Both the position numbers and the translations under genes were made by a program. The notes under the pieces are model-generated. The model saw nothing but the letters and a program-made list of their open reading frames with translations, searched no databases and was not told the origin of the DNA. Positions 11,866 to 25,260 of a stretch of 64,000 bases of DNA are shown one piece after another (position 1 is the first letter of the stretch; every line of letters starts with the position of its first letter). The stretch is from Lama glama (taxonomy: Eukaryota): positions 16,058,001 to 16,122,000 of the forward strand of contig CM052838.1 of the NCBI GenBank assembly GCA_028534125.1. The letters run 5' to 3'.

Positions 11866-13699
11866 ACCTAACTTGGGGAAATTCTGAAGGTTATCTGGAA
11901 TCGCTGGGACTACAGATGATCTCTGAGAGGTAAGAAACTGTTCAAATTGAGAAAGAAACTTCCCAAAGTTTAACTATGACATACGTATTTCATACCCTAT
12001 TTCATAATTTCCCTAGTGAAGTTATTCTGTCAGATTCAGCTATCATGTGTTGAACACCAGCATGAGCCCTGCAGAGCGCTCTGGGCAAAGGGCAGGGGGA
12101 TGGATGATAAGTAAGGCACAGCTAATGTCGAGGTGGAGGCTGGGCAGGGGGCAAACATACAAGATTCTGAGTCTACCTGCACCGTTGGGGTGGGGGCTAA
12201 TCCATGTAAATGGAGTCTACAAACAACAAAGAAGTCTGGGAGGGGGACAAGTTTTTACAGAATGCACTTAAAGCTTAGTGTGTGATTCCTCAGTAAATGT
12301 GCCTTTAGTTCAGAGATGAGAGAAGATGCTAAATCCGCAGATACCACTAGGGTCAGGGAAGCATCACACAGAGGCAGGGCTTGGCAAGGCAGGCAGGTAG
12401 CTAACCGCCCCCAACCACCCCCCCCCAAAAAAAGGGATGGCAAGACCAAGAATCAAGCTGACACAGAGCCTCTGGGAACCATCTATATAACTCTGATTTA
12501 GGTCTTCTGTCCACAATGTCTTAATAGGACTGTCAAATGGATTCATTACTTTCTCATAAAACCACAAACCTGTCCTTCTGCCTTAAAGATTAAGTACATT
12601 TAACAGAACTGCTCTTTGCAAAGCCATGATGATTATTGCCTAAGTAGCCTTTTTTGCTTCAAGGAACCCTCTGTGCTCAAATGAGGATGAGAAATAGCCA
12701 CCTTGTGAAGAGTATCCTTGCTTACAGACCGAAGACCCAAATTGATAGCCCTGCCTTTCACCCAAGCTCTGCCTTTCACCCAAGCCCTGCCTTACACATC
12801 ATTCCAGATTCTCCAACCTCCTCTTACTAATGTAAATTTCAAGACTGATACAGAATCTGAGAGGAAGAACATTGGAAGGCAGTGATAACACCAGATGTGT
12901 GTACCCAAATCTGCCAGACTCTGAGAGGACTGATGATTCAACAGCGTCAGCCGTGAGCAAGCCACTCCCAAATATTTATCCTTCTTTCATTAGGTGACGG
13001 TAGGATTCAGTACTGTTTTTTTCTGTCCATGATCCAATGCATAATTCAGAGAACCAGGAAGCCATAGCCACCTGAGAAATGTATTAAGTCCGCACAGTTT
13101 CCTCTCTATCTTTAGAACCACCAAGATGATGGTTCTTTCAATTGCGTGAATCAGAAATTATACCGGTTCAAGACCTAGATCAATATGAAGTGCATCTGAT
13201 TTCATCACCACTGAAAACCAGGTTGGGTTGAAGGAGCAGAGAGAAAATAAAAATCAATTTGTGCTCAGCTTTACTGGCTTTGCAGGGGCTTCAGCAGAGG
13301 AGAGGAGTGGAGAGGAGTGAACTTTCTAAAAAAGTTGGATTGCAGTCTGATTTTCATAATTTCAAATAGTGAATAAGGTGGGATCTGATACTCAGAAATA
13401 TGAAAATGCCTTCTCCTTTCAGCCAGTCTTTGAGGTTCTCTAGAAAATATGGATTCCTTACTTTAAATGCCAGGGAGAGACAGTTCAAAAAGAAAAGCTC
13501 AAAGTACCCACATATGAACTCATATTAAATATCCATCTACTTAGGTTCCAATTCTGTTACTATGAGTCTTTTTGACTATGGTAACCAACTTATTCTAAAA
13601 CCCTCTACGGTTAGGTTACGTTTTGTGACTCTGTAACAATTACACAACTCTTCTGTGGTCTCGGTGTGCATCTGTCAATGAAAACTAGATTACAGTGCC

Positions 13700-13940
13700 A
13701 CTGCTGCCCTGCATGGCCAGCTGCATCCCCTCAGGGCATGCATCTAAGACTGACAGATTCCAATTTTGGAGTATTGTGGTGTCCTCCAATGTGCCACATG
13801 TGTGGACATAATGCATCCTGAGAAAGCATGTATTTTCCAAAAAAAAGGAAGTTGGAGGTTAGCCCTAAGGAATTTTGAAGAAGCAGTAATTTTTTCAGAG
13901 AGAGCAGAGATAATTCAAAGCAGCAAGGATCAGGGCTGAG
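13700..13940 (+). mobile_element. CR1/L3 LINE fragment
   Basis: TGGAGTATTGTGGTGTCC..GCCACATG..GGACAT resembles the CR1 ORF2 LEYCVQFWAPH region. Confidence 0.45.
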
Positions 13941-16844
13941 GTACACAGGGTCCCCTGGGTAATAGGTAGGATTTTGTTTTGACCATAGTAAAAGCTGTAC
14001 ATAATGAATTTATTTAAATATTTGCTCCTTATGGTAATCATTTCCTGATGCTACCATTTGTCCAACACAACTGGACATGTCCTTCAGTCTGTGTGGCGAC
14101 TTGAGGCCCGCCTCACACTCAAACTTCCACAGAGTCTCAAGCAGCAGTTGCACTATCGTACAGGGAGGAGCTGCAGCCTGGGCTCTGGGCAGAGACCTAC
14201 CCTGATCTGTATGAGTGGAGGCACTCAGTAGAACTGGCAGGCTTGCTGAGAAGCCATGAACTCCTGGAGCTAACTCAGAGGGGAAGGTGAGAAAAAGCGA
14301 AATGCCCTTGACCATGTGGGCTTGGCCTGGGAATGACTGGACACTGACATCTGAGGGATACACCAGTCCAGGATTGCAAAACGTTCAGGGAGATATGGAC
14401 AATTACAATGAGGAGGATATAGCCTCCTACATCTTGACCAGAGCATTTCATACCAGGGAAATAATGCAATAGAAGCACTGAGGATAAAGAAAGCAGTGTG
14501 ATTATGCAGAGTTATCTATCGTTGCAAAAGCAAACCAAAAAAAAAAATAGCTCATACAGGTCCAAAATTAGAAGACTAGCTAACTAAATTATGGTTCTGA
14601 AGACTACAAAATTATTATAAAGCCATTGAAACTGGTATCGCATTGTTAACACAAGTACATTTTGATGATGCCATCCTGAACTCCCAAAAAAGCATAATAC
14701 AGAAGAGCATGAATTTTAAGATTTCAATAAATGAATATGAAACGCTATGTGCAAAAATGAAAATTGCGTGAGATGATGTTTCTAATATTGAATGTGTCAT
14801 TATTATAAATTTGTCTTTAAATTATACAAATGGTGCAGACAAGCGGTAGTAAGGGAGAAAACAAGTTTGCTAAAGATTGCATGTATCAAACATACACTAA
14901 AGTAACTTTGCCCAATACTTAGATAAATGGCAGCTTTCAGAGCATGGAAGGAAAATCTCATTTCCCTCCCCAGGTATGAAAAATTGACAATTGTAAGGAA
15001 GGATGTAAGCTTACAGAGGCACACAATCAGGTTGGCAACAAGCAAACACATCTTCCCTAAATTAGCTCTCAGGGCTCCCTTACAATGAACATAATATTAC
15101 AGCACTTGAGTGTATGCCTTATAAATATACAAATAAATATATACCATAAGGATGGACCTTAACATTTCTTTGACTCACTAGCTGGGTAATTGACCACACC
15201 TCAAGAGAGCTTTAATCTCATTTGTAAAACGGTGAGTTTGAACTACAAGCTCTTTCTCATTAAATACCAGACATTATGATGCAAAGGAAAAGCATGACCC
15301 AGTATTTTAGGGAAGTGGAGCTATGCTCCATGATTTTTGAGATATTTCAAATTCCTTAATTTTGCAACACTGTAATCTAGACTAGTGCGATGTTTTTCTT
15401 ACGACAACAAAGAAGAAAGCAAATCAAGCAGATCTCATTTCTCTCAAGTGGCTAAGCAAATTTTCTGTTAAGCATTTTAAATGGAGGATCCAAGCTAAGG
15501 ATTAAATGAAACAAGACACATTTGAGTTTAACAAAGGAGATTTTTGTGTTATACATCACAAACCAAACCGAAATGGGATTTTTTTGGTGGTTGCCGCAGT
15601 TTTAACAAGTGAACTCGGTCAGCTCAAAGTAGTAAAGACCCTCACCTGAGGGACTGATGTCTCAAGTGTTAACAGACCAAGACCAAAGTCAGAACAGATC
15701 ATGCTGCCCATCTGCCCAAGTGCTCCAAAGGCCTGGATTCATGCTGCAGTTTGGTTAGAAGCATACCCAAGAGTCATTTATAGATGGCCAGGGGTCTCCT
15801 TCCAGACAAACGGGCTTAGATATGCTGTGTGCAGTGACTTTTGAAATTGGATCTGGGCATATACGGTAAAGAGAGCCTGAATTGCTATTTGGCATGGTTT
15901 AGGTGCTGGGATGCAGAGGAGAGAGCAAGCAGAGAGAGGGGTCAGGGGGGCTGGTGATGCTGGCGCTGAGTGCACATGATCCTTGATGTAACTGAACATG
16001 TTTGATGCAAAGTGGAAGAAACTGAGGTGCATGGAGACGTGACAATTTCATAGAGAGCTGTGGCAAAACAAGGACCAAATTCCAGAATGCTAACTGCATC
16101 CTAAGAATCTTCAGGCACTGCCCTAAATATATAGTCGTTTCCTCTAAAGCTCAGAACTCACATAGCTCAGAGCAAGAAGTTCCCCAAGAGATGGCATAGG
16201 GGTCACCCAGGCTGGACTTGGACTTGGAGAGAAGAGGAAGAATGGAAGTGAGGAGCAGCCATGGAAGAAGAAAGCAGGGACTTGGCCACATCCTTAGGTG
16301 TAGGAGGAGAGCCAGAGGAACTGGGGTGAGAGGACCTCAGAAAGCCATGCAACAAGATGACCTGATCAGTGGGCTTTTGGTTTCTGTAATCTAGAGCCAC
16401 ACCCTCAATCTCCTCCCCTACCCCCCCAAAATAATAAATCTTAGCAATACAAACTGAAGAGATAAAAGAAAAAATTATGTACCAGGAACACTGGGATGTC
16501 TGAAGCAAAGCCAAAAACCTTAAAATGACACTCCATCCTTTTGGTTCCCATCCCTCTAGGGGATGTAAACTCTTAATGTTTATAGAAAACAGAAGACAAT
16601 GTGAAGAGCCAAGCTGGGGCGGGACGGGTGCTCTGGGATGGGGGTGCAGCGAGCACAAAACTCAGGCCTCACCCAAAGGCTACAGCCTCTCCTCAGCTCC
16701 ATCTGCCCACTGCTTTGGAGACTTCCCAGTACTGACTGATCTTTCGTTGTCTGCTAATGAAGCCAGGCATACAGATTATTTATGTGAAATCTTCAGGTAT
16801 TTTTAAATTTGAAAATAAAACATAACTTTCTTGACTTCTTGATT

Positions 16845-17490
16845 GATAGCAGCTTCATTCATAATTGTATCAAGGTTTACTCATAATTGAATTCTCATCT
16901 GCCAGACTTGGAAGCAATGAAGATGTCCTTCAGCAGGTGAACGGATAAATAAACTGTGGTCCATCCAGACAAGGGAATGTTATTCTGCACTAAGAAGAGA
17001 TGAGCCATCACGCCAAGAAAAGTCATGCAGGACCCTTAAACTCATATTACCAAGTGAAAGAAGCCATTCGGAAAAGGCTATCCACTGCACGATGCCGACT
17101 GTATGACATCTCAGGAAAGGCAGAACTATGGAGACATTGAAAAGATCAGCCATGGGTTGGGAAGGAGGGAGGGAGAGATGGACAGGCAGAGCACAGAGAG
17201 TCATCAGGGCAGTGAAGCTACTCTGTATGATACTATACTAGTGGTTACATGTCATCGCACATTTGTCTAAACCCACAGAATGTACGAAACCAAGAGTGAA
17301 CCCTAGCATCTGCTATGAACGTTGGGTGATAATGACGCGTCAATGTAGGTTCACCAGTTGAAACAAAGAACCACGTTGCTAGGGAATGTCGATAATGAGG
17401 AAAGGCTATTCGTGTGTGAGCAATGAGGATCTATGGAAACCATCCTTTCAGCCTTCCTGTGAACCCAAAACTGCTCTAAAAACAGCTATT
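16845..17490 (+). mobile_element. L1MC1-like 3' end
   Basis: ACTTGGAAGCAA..AGATGTCCTTCAGCAGGTGAACGGATAAATAAACTGTGG..CCAAGAGTGAACCCTA..GGGTGATAATGA..GAACCCAAAACTGCTCTAAAA. Confidence 0.88.
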
Positions 17491-20400
17491 ATAGAACTGC
17501 ACACATAGGTCTATACATAAACACTTTGTCTCAAAACAGACACACATACTTGCAGTTAAAATTTGGTAAGCAGACCACTATTTGCAAAATCTGGGCAAAT
17601 CAGAGGAAGTCACTAAGGCCTTCGCTCCTTGTCCTTCCACCCGCCAAGCGAATCACCCACCGATGGTGCGCACAGGAAATGCCTGAAACACTCCGGCACA
17701 CCATTAGATGGCATTTGTTTTTTTACTATAAATTTTATCTCACTTTAAATTTTAGCAATTTTTTTACTATAAAATAATTTTTATCTCATTTAAATTTTAG
17801 CATTTAAAGAGGCACTATGTCTTTAGGGGAAATAATCGTCATGGTTTTGATGACAGACCCTCACCTCCTTCTCATTTTCCGTCACAGCACTGAATAAGGC
17901 TGAGAGCAGCCTGTAGGAAACAGTCGGTGTTCATCCACCTGTCATCAGGAGACCCAGCTTCTTCTCTTCTTATTTCTCATTCTCACTAGACAAGTAATTT
18001 CAACTCTGAAAATAAAAAAAAAAAACTAGAAAACGACTTGCTCTGTTTCCGAGTTGTAATCTCTTCTGTATTTATTTATTCAGATGTAGTCGATCTTGAG
18101 TCAGTTCCTTGCGAATCCAGCTTGGGTCACTACCGTTTTTGAGGTGGGGGCTGGTCCGCTGACTTTAGATAAGGAGAGTTTGGTCCGTATGTCCAGAAAA
18201 TTAAGAAAATGAGAGACCTTCTGGGTGGTGACAATAACATTCAAGTTCTTATGATGTGTATGTCAGGAGACTTCACTGAATTTTTCAGGTTTCTTCTCAC
18301 ACAATAAGAAGGTGTGAAGTGGAAACAAGGGGCAAAGTATCACACCACCCACTCATTTGGTTTCAAAGGGACGTGGGTCATTGTCCTCCATCAATCAGGC
18401 CCAGAGGGAACACAAGGAGTGGAGCACGTACCCCACCCCCACATCAACAACAGGCAAACAGAGTCACTGAGAAACAAGTTAAGAAATACATTTATTTTCG
18501 TATTTGAAAAATAAAAGAAACAGTATACAGATCAGTTACTAATTAGGTTCTTGACTGCTGTGCCTTACCCCACGGGCCCAACTGGTGATTGTTAGGATTT
18601 CTCAAAAGATAGGCTCAGAGAGAGCTGGGAAGAGAAAGGACAGAGAGAAGCTGCCTAAAGGCAGCCTCGTGCCTCCAACCACCCCTAGCACTCGACCCTC
18701 TGTGCTCGGAGGGAGACGGGCACTAGATGCCACACTTCTTAGAACCTGGATAATTCCTTCCGTTGGGTCATTTCTAATGTCATTTCTCCACTCTAAATAC
18801 ATGGTCGTTATAAACAAAAGCATGTAAAATCCATTATGACATCTAATAAAAAAGTTATGTTGGGAATAAAACCCATTATCCATCATCCAATGCTCCCTAT
18901 ATAAAGATATTTATGGGATTTTTTTTAACTCCAATATGTTTGCTCATCCTTAAGAATTGGTCAGATTCCTTCTTTCAAATATTGATAACACTCCCACAAT
19001 ACACACACCTGCTAGTCTTCCAGAAAGCAAAAGCCAAGCCTACAGCTCGAACAGCACTTACAAATAATTACAAGAGACAGAGGCACGTTTAACTTTTTCC
19101 AAGGGATATGAAATCAGCAGTTATTTAAAACACCTAAAATCATACCTTGCATAAAGTTAGCCTTAATAAATATTTGTTAAATCGAGCAGAATTTATCCAT
19201 CTTCCTGCAATTATGAAATAAGCACTTAGAAATGGAAATTCCACCATGTAAAATGAATGTAATTAAGGGTAATTAATAACTTAATTCAAATATATAATGA
19301 CACTGAGACAAATTAAACGTCAAAGAGGGCTGATGATTTATTTTGCTTGAATCTCAAAAAACTAAGGTGTGATGAGCACTATTTTCTATACAACCAATAA
19401 ATGTAGAATTTAATTTTATTATATTAGAGAAACATTGGCTGGCATGTGTCCCTCTGTTTCTAAAATCATATTATCATGCTCTGACTCAATAAATGATGAT
19501 TTGTTCAGGGTTTCCATTCTAAATGGCTCTGTTACTTGCTCCTATTGCCAAATTTTTTTTTATCCTTTGATTGTGACCTGTCTTAAGAATCATAAAGTCA
19601 TAGGAACAAAAAGATAAGGGGAATTCATACCCTTATGATCATCCATCAGGTAAGTCAAGTATCAAAATGCCTTTTTCCGGACGAGATAATCAAAGATACC
19701 TAAGATCTACGGTTCTGGAGACAACTCAATGCAGGTTTAACCCTGAGTCTCCCTACAAATACTCTTTCAACCTTTTCACAAAGTAATCACCCAAGGAGAA
19801 GTCAAATGGCTAATGAAAACCAAAAGAATCGTTGTGAAACATGAGGAAGGTATAGTTAGAACAAGAGCTGGATGATCTAGGGCAAGACCTTTCACCAGTT
19901 TGGTCATCTTCAAAATAAGAGAGCTGGACTACAGTCACGTGAGACACAGTTCATCTCCGAGCACCAACACTGGCAGATTATCCTGGGCTGAGAAGGCTCA
20001 GTGAGGAGGGGAAAGAGCACTGGGATTAATTAGTGATGTCTATGGCAGAATGCATGACACGAACTGCCACTCAGAATAGATTCGCAGTACTAGTGGTCCA
20101 GGAAACAGACAATTCTTATCTGGCCTCGACGTGATACAATGTCTCACTCCATCACTTCATTTAGAGTTCCCTTCCATCCCCTGCTGCCAACTCCTTTTGC
20201 CAACTTCCTGCCTTCCTTCAAATGTTCAGTGTCTCACCATTTTTACCACTCCTTTTCCCTCTCATTGCATCCTGACTTTCAGAATTTGCATCCTTTCTCT
20301 ATAATTTCAAAGCAGACCACCTAATTCTGCTCTTCTGTTCAAGTACGGACATCCTTTCATTTCAGATTTTCTTAAGGGGACATTTTGGCATGTATTACTC

Positions 20401-20779
20401 CATACTGGTGTCGTTTCCTTCTGAATTCAAGACAATTTAATGTCTTATTACACACACACATACACAGACATGCACACATAATATACACTTATAGTAGAAA
20501 AATGGAAATTACACAAAGTCCAAAAAAAGAAAAATCATCCATGCCTCTATCTATATGGTAGTCCTTAATCTCAAATAAAATTACGGTCATGCTTCATACA
20601 CTAATACCTCCATTCTCCCTCTGCCGTATCTTTTGTTTTTTCTTTTCACTTTACATGCTGACATGCATCTGGGGATGCAGTCAATTCTCCAGTGAAAATG
20701 GCATACTGGTGAGATTCAGGGAACTTGTTACATATCCTTACAGAAATCTCCTAAACATGCTAAACTTTCATTTTTCTAT

Positions 20780-22500
20780 GTGTAAACCCACTTAAATGGG
20801 CAAATAGAATAAAGGCTCCTGAATTCCCCAAAATGGGCATAAAACCCAAAACATACAAATCTTTATGTATGTCAGTCTAAAACTTCACTACAATCAAAAC
20901 CATAGAAGCTTAAAAAGAAAAAAATATACTGCCATGTATATGATACGTAACAGAGAAATAATATCTGGAAAATGTAAAGAACTCTTACATATTCATAAGA
21001 GGAAGAAAGCAATCCAATACCACAGGGAACAAAGGGTACGAACAGGCACTTCATGAATAAATGCAAATTTCTAATAGACACGAAAAGATCCTTAAGTTCA
21101 ACTGATGCAAATTAAAGCAACAAAGAGCTTAGCTTGCTAGCATCAGAAAGGTAACATTGAAATTCATTCATTAATTCAAGAGATAGTTATCAAATACCAA
21201 CTCCATGCCAGGAATGAGGCCCAGCACAAAGTCAAAACTCACTGCTTTAGGGGCTTTGGGAAGAGACTCTCATATATGGCTGGCAAAAGGGAGGCTTGGA
21301 GAAGTCATATTGGAAAAGATTTCAGCGATTTTAAATCATAAAAGATTTTAAATCATCCTTGATTCCTCAGTTGCTCTCACATACCAAGTCCAGTCATCTG
21401 GCAAATCCTAGATCCTTTCCACCCTCAAATGTCAATCCCATTTGACACCTTCTCACTACATTTCCAGAACAATTACTACTCCTAAAACAATTACCTACTA
21501 TTATAGGTAATCTCCACAGGGATTCCAGCTTCTAATATTGCTGCCCCAAAGTCTATTTTTTTACAAAGCAACCACATTCATATTTTAAATGTAAATTAAG
21601 TCATCATTTATCTGCTCAAAACAATATAATGGATTCCCAACACTTCAGCAATAAAATCCCAAATCCCCAGTGTTCCACTGTCTTCTCCACTGGTATCTCC
21701 TACCAGCCTCCAGCTCCCTCTCCCCTAAACCGGTTCCCCTGCTCATTCTACCCCAGGCACACTTTGTGTCCCTCCTCAGACACTTCCAGGATGCTTCTGC
21801 CTCAGGGTCTGACATGGACCCCCCACAGCCCCCCCCCAATTCAGATTCTATCAAACCTTTTCCCATTGGCTTCAGTCCTTTGGCCCATTTCCTGCTCTCC
21901 TAAAGGATGCTTTTAACAGTTTACCTTAACTCTGATAGCACCCCTGTTGCACTCTATGCCCAAATCCTGCTCTATTTTCCTTCAGAGCACTTATCACTCC
22001 TTGACATTATGCTGCTACACTTTTTTTTTGATATTTTATACTCATACATTCTCACACGTATATTCTCATTCATTTGTTGTCTGTCTTTGCCACCAGAACG
22101 TAAACTGCTAACATACAGGAACTGTGTTTATTTTGCTCGGGACTCTGTCTCTAATCCTAGAACCACGCCTGACACAGGAGCAAATGTGCCATAAGTTTTC
22201 GTTTCATAAATGAATGGATGAATGAATTTACAATATATATATAACCTTTCATTCAGCAATTCCAATATGAGCAAAAGCAAAAGGAGGTGCATGCTCTAGT
22301 ACCCTTTATAGCAACATCTGTAAGAGTAAGAAATGAGGAAAAAACTAAATGTTCAGCAATATGGGAGTCACCAGACAAATTACAGCACACCCACCTTATA
22401 TAACATAAATGGTATTAAAAAAAAAAAAAAGAATGAGGTAGACCTGTATGACCCAGTAGACAAAGAAGAGCCCCAGGGCATACTGTTAAATAAAACAACA
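20780..22500 (+). mobile_element. Old L1ME 3' fragments (20780-21330 and 22230-22500) flanking an L2
   Basis: AAAGAACTCTTACATATT..ATGCAAATTAAAGCAACA. On the far side, TTCAGCAATTCCA..CTAAATGTTCAGCAATATGGG..AAGAATGAGGTAGA. Confidence 0.65.
21350..22228 (+). mobile_element. LINE-2 3' portion
   Basis: CATCCTTGATTCCTC..CTGCTCAAAAC..CTTCTGCCTCAGGG..AGAACGTAAACTGC..CCTAGAACCACGCCTGACAC, ending GAATGGATGAATGAAT. Confidence 0.85.
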
Positions 22501-23334
22501 ATGTAGGTCATTGGCACAACTGTCTTTTTGAAAACCTGATTATGGACAAAAGGTGTCATATTTTACATGGGGAATGTCAAAACAGCACCATATATAAAAG
22601 AAATCAGCAAGAACATCTCACAGATTTTGTGACAGATGTTCTATGTCCGCACCCTGATTAATACCCTGACAGGCCCATGAATGCGATCAAATGAAAGGAA
22701 TCCTTCATTGCTGTGTCATTTCCTGGCTGCCCCGAAATCATGCATCTCAGAGGTGGAAACTTTCTAATATTTCCAGGTAGAATGCTCCAGGGTTTGTAGT
22801 GCCGCTGCGTTCTTCATTGTCAGTTGTACACATTATCTTTTGTTCTGTTCTTTGCCAAGGTAGGAAAAAAGATTGCTTCCCTTATTTCTTTGTCTTTTTT
22901 TCCCTAATTTTATAAATGATGTACTTATTACAGACAAATTAGAAAAGACATAAAGTCCTAAAGCAAAATAAGCATGTCATCTATAAGCCTAAAACCAAGA
23001 GAAAACCACTGTTACAATTCTTACATAAGCATTTTCACCAAATTTCCAAGGTGTAGATACCCACACACTCTTCCCCAAATGTGGAGCCATCTCTGTAAGC
23101 AGAGCTGAATATTTCATTCCACCAAACACCCTATAGGCCTTTCCTCCCAAATTAAATATATATGAAAACAAATTTCCTCTTGCTATCTGTATTCTATTTG
23201 AGTTTACGAATGCAACATTTATTCAGTCAGTCAGTGGATACAGAGCTCCGATTATATCCTGGTCACTACACAAGACACTGGCCATCTGGCTGTCCTTATA
23301 TGTCAGAGAAGACAGATGTGGAACAAGCAATTAC

Positions 23335-24575
23335 CCTAAAAGCAACTCACTTCCTCCAGTTGCCTAGAGCCATCCTTCATGTTTCTCTGTCTCTCATACC
23401 CTGGATCCAATCTTTCAAAAATTCTTTTAGCTCTACATTCAAAATATAACCAGATACTTTTAGTTAAAAAAAGCAAGGTGCAATATTGTGTATTTCATAT
23501 GCAAACACATGGTAAGAAAAGAGGATACGAATTAGTATAATCTGCTGTATGCCTTCCTTTATGTACATACATATAGACACACACAGATACATGCATATGT
23601 ATAGAAACACTGAAAGATGATTCAAAGAATAAATACAAAACTAATGAAATGGAAAGCTAATAAATACAAATCTAATAAAAGGAGGAGTGTATTCTGACTT
23701 CCCGTATACACCTTTTTAAATAGTTTTGACTTCAGAATCATGTAAACCTATTTCTCATTAAATATAAAATTGAGATATTCAAACAATACGAATACATTTA
23801 TAAATACCAAAACCCAACCCTTCCCCACTGCCTCTACCTTTGACCCATAGACCCACATCCCCAACACCTCTTTCCTTCATTGTTGCAACTGTTAAATGGT
23901 CTCCTAATGGTCTTCAATGGTCTCGTAAATGGTCTCCTTGGCTCCACGATGTCACACTTGAGCCTGTTCACAACAGAGCAGCCGGGGTGATGTACTGCCA
24001 TGCAAGTGAAATCATGTGGTTTCTCTGGTCCTCCCTTCCAATGGCTTCCCATCCCTCTCTGAGTAAAAAGCCTGCATCCTCATGATGGCCTGTGAGGCGC
24101 CCTGCACTCCCATCAACTTCTTGTCCTGTTCTGCCTGTGGTTCTCTCTGCTCAGTGACAGTGGCAGGGACTCGACCGCATCCAGCACGCTCTCCCCTGAA
24201 GGCCTTCATTTTGCTCTTCCTCTGTCTAGAAACCTCCTCTCTCCATTCCTTTCCTGCAGCAGGTCTGGAATCACTTGTCACCTCGTCCCTGAGGTCTTCC
24301 CTTAACACTCAATTTAAAATCACAGTTACGTTGTCCCCTCCCCCACCATCCTCCATCAATACCCCCACCATGCTCACTACTTTTAATAGCGCTTAACTGC
24401 CATCCAACATATAACATGCTCTACTCGTTTGCTGCTCTTTTGCTTAACCATTTGTTTCTACAGTATGTTAAGAATATATCTCTACCTTGTTCACTGCTTT
24501 ATCCCCAGTGTCTTTAAGGGTAGCTGGCACACACAGTAAGCATTCAGTGAGTATTTAGTTACTGAATAAATAAAT
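23335..24575 (+). mobile_element. LINE-2 3' portion interrupted by an L1ME 3' fragment (~23455-23800)
   Basis: CATCCTTCATGTTTCTCTGTCTCTCATACCC..TTCAAAATATA, resuming as CCCTTCCAATGGCTTCCCATC..CTTGTTCACTGCTTTATCCCCAGTG..GAATAAATAAATG. Confidence 0.8.
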
Positions 24576-24664
24576 GAGAATAATTAATACAAATCTTACA
24601 AGAATTATAAGGTGGGATTACAGAGCACTCTAGGGACAGAGTGCACAAATGAAGGAACAAATCT

Positions 24665-25260
24665 CCTTTTGATGGGCATTTCATTTATTTAAAATATTTC
24701 AGTATTATAAATAATTCTGTAATAAAAAAATCTGTATACAAAAAACACAGCAGACATATCTTACAATTTCCTTAAAATTTTTCCAAGAAAGATTTAGCCA
24801 CTTGAACAATGGGTATTACCTAGTAAAAATATATTAACTTAACAGGCAAGTGTATTGTTTCAATCTGCTTGGCTTTGAAGACCAGTTAGTTATGAAATGT
24901 GTTTCATTTGTTTCTGGTAACTTTTATTTCTTCTTTTGTGATGTGCTTGGTCATGTTATTTACCTTTTTTTCTATCGTCTGTCTTTTTTTCTCATTAAAT
25001 TATGAGTTTTTATTTATCAAATGTATTTACACTTTCTATAACATGTCACTATTATTTTTCCAGTTCGTTGTTCGTATTTCATTGTGTTTATCTTCATTTG
25101 GCACAGTGACATTTTAAATTTTTGTTTCATTAAATTTATCCATATTTCTTGTCGTAGCTTTTATACTTTATGTCCATGATTTGGAAGGATTCATCAGGTC
25201 AAGAAGAGATAAAATCCACTCATATTTCCTTCAATTTTTTTTCTTTCCAATTTTACTGAA
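24665..25260 (-). mobile_element. Old L1ME fragment
   Basis: TTTGATGGGCATTT..TATTATAAATAATTCTGTAATAAA..ATTTCTTCTTTTGTGA: T-rich reverse L1 3' ORF2 pattern. Confidence 0.65.

Noticed and set aside
18149-18240. Y-RNA-like start GGCTGGTCCG
   Set aside because: No complementary 3' stem or oligo-T terminator at the expected distance.
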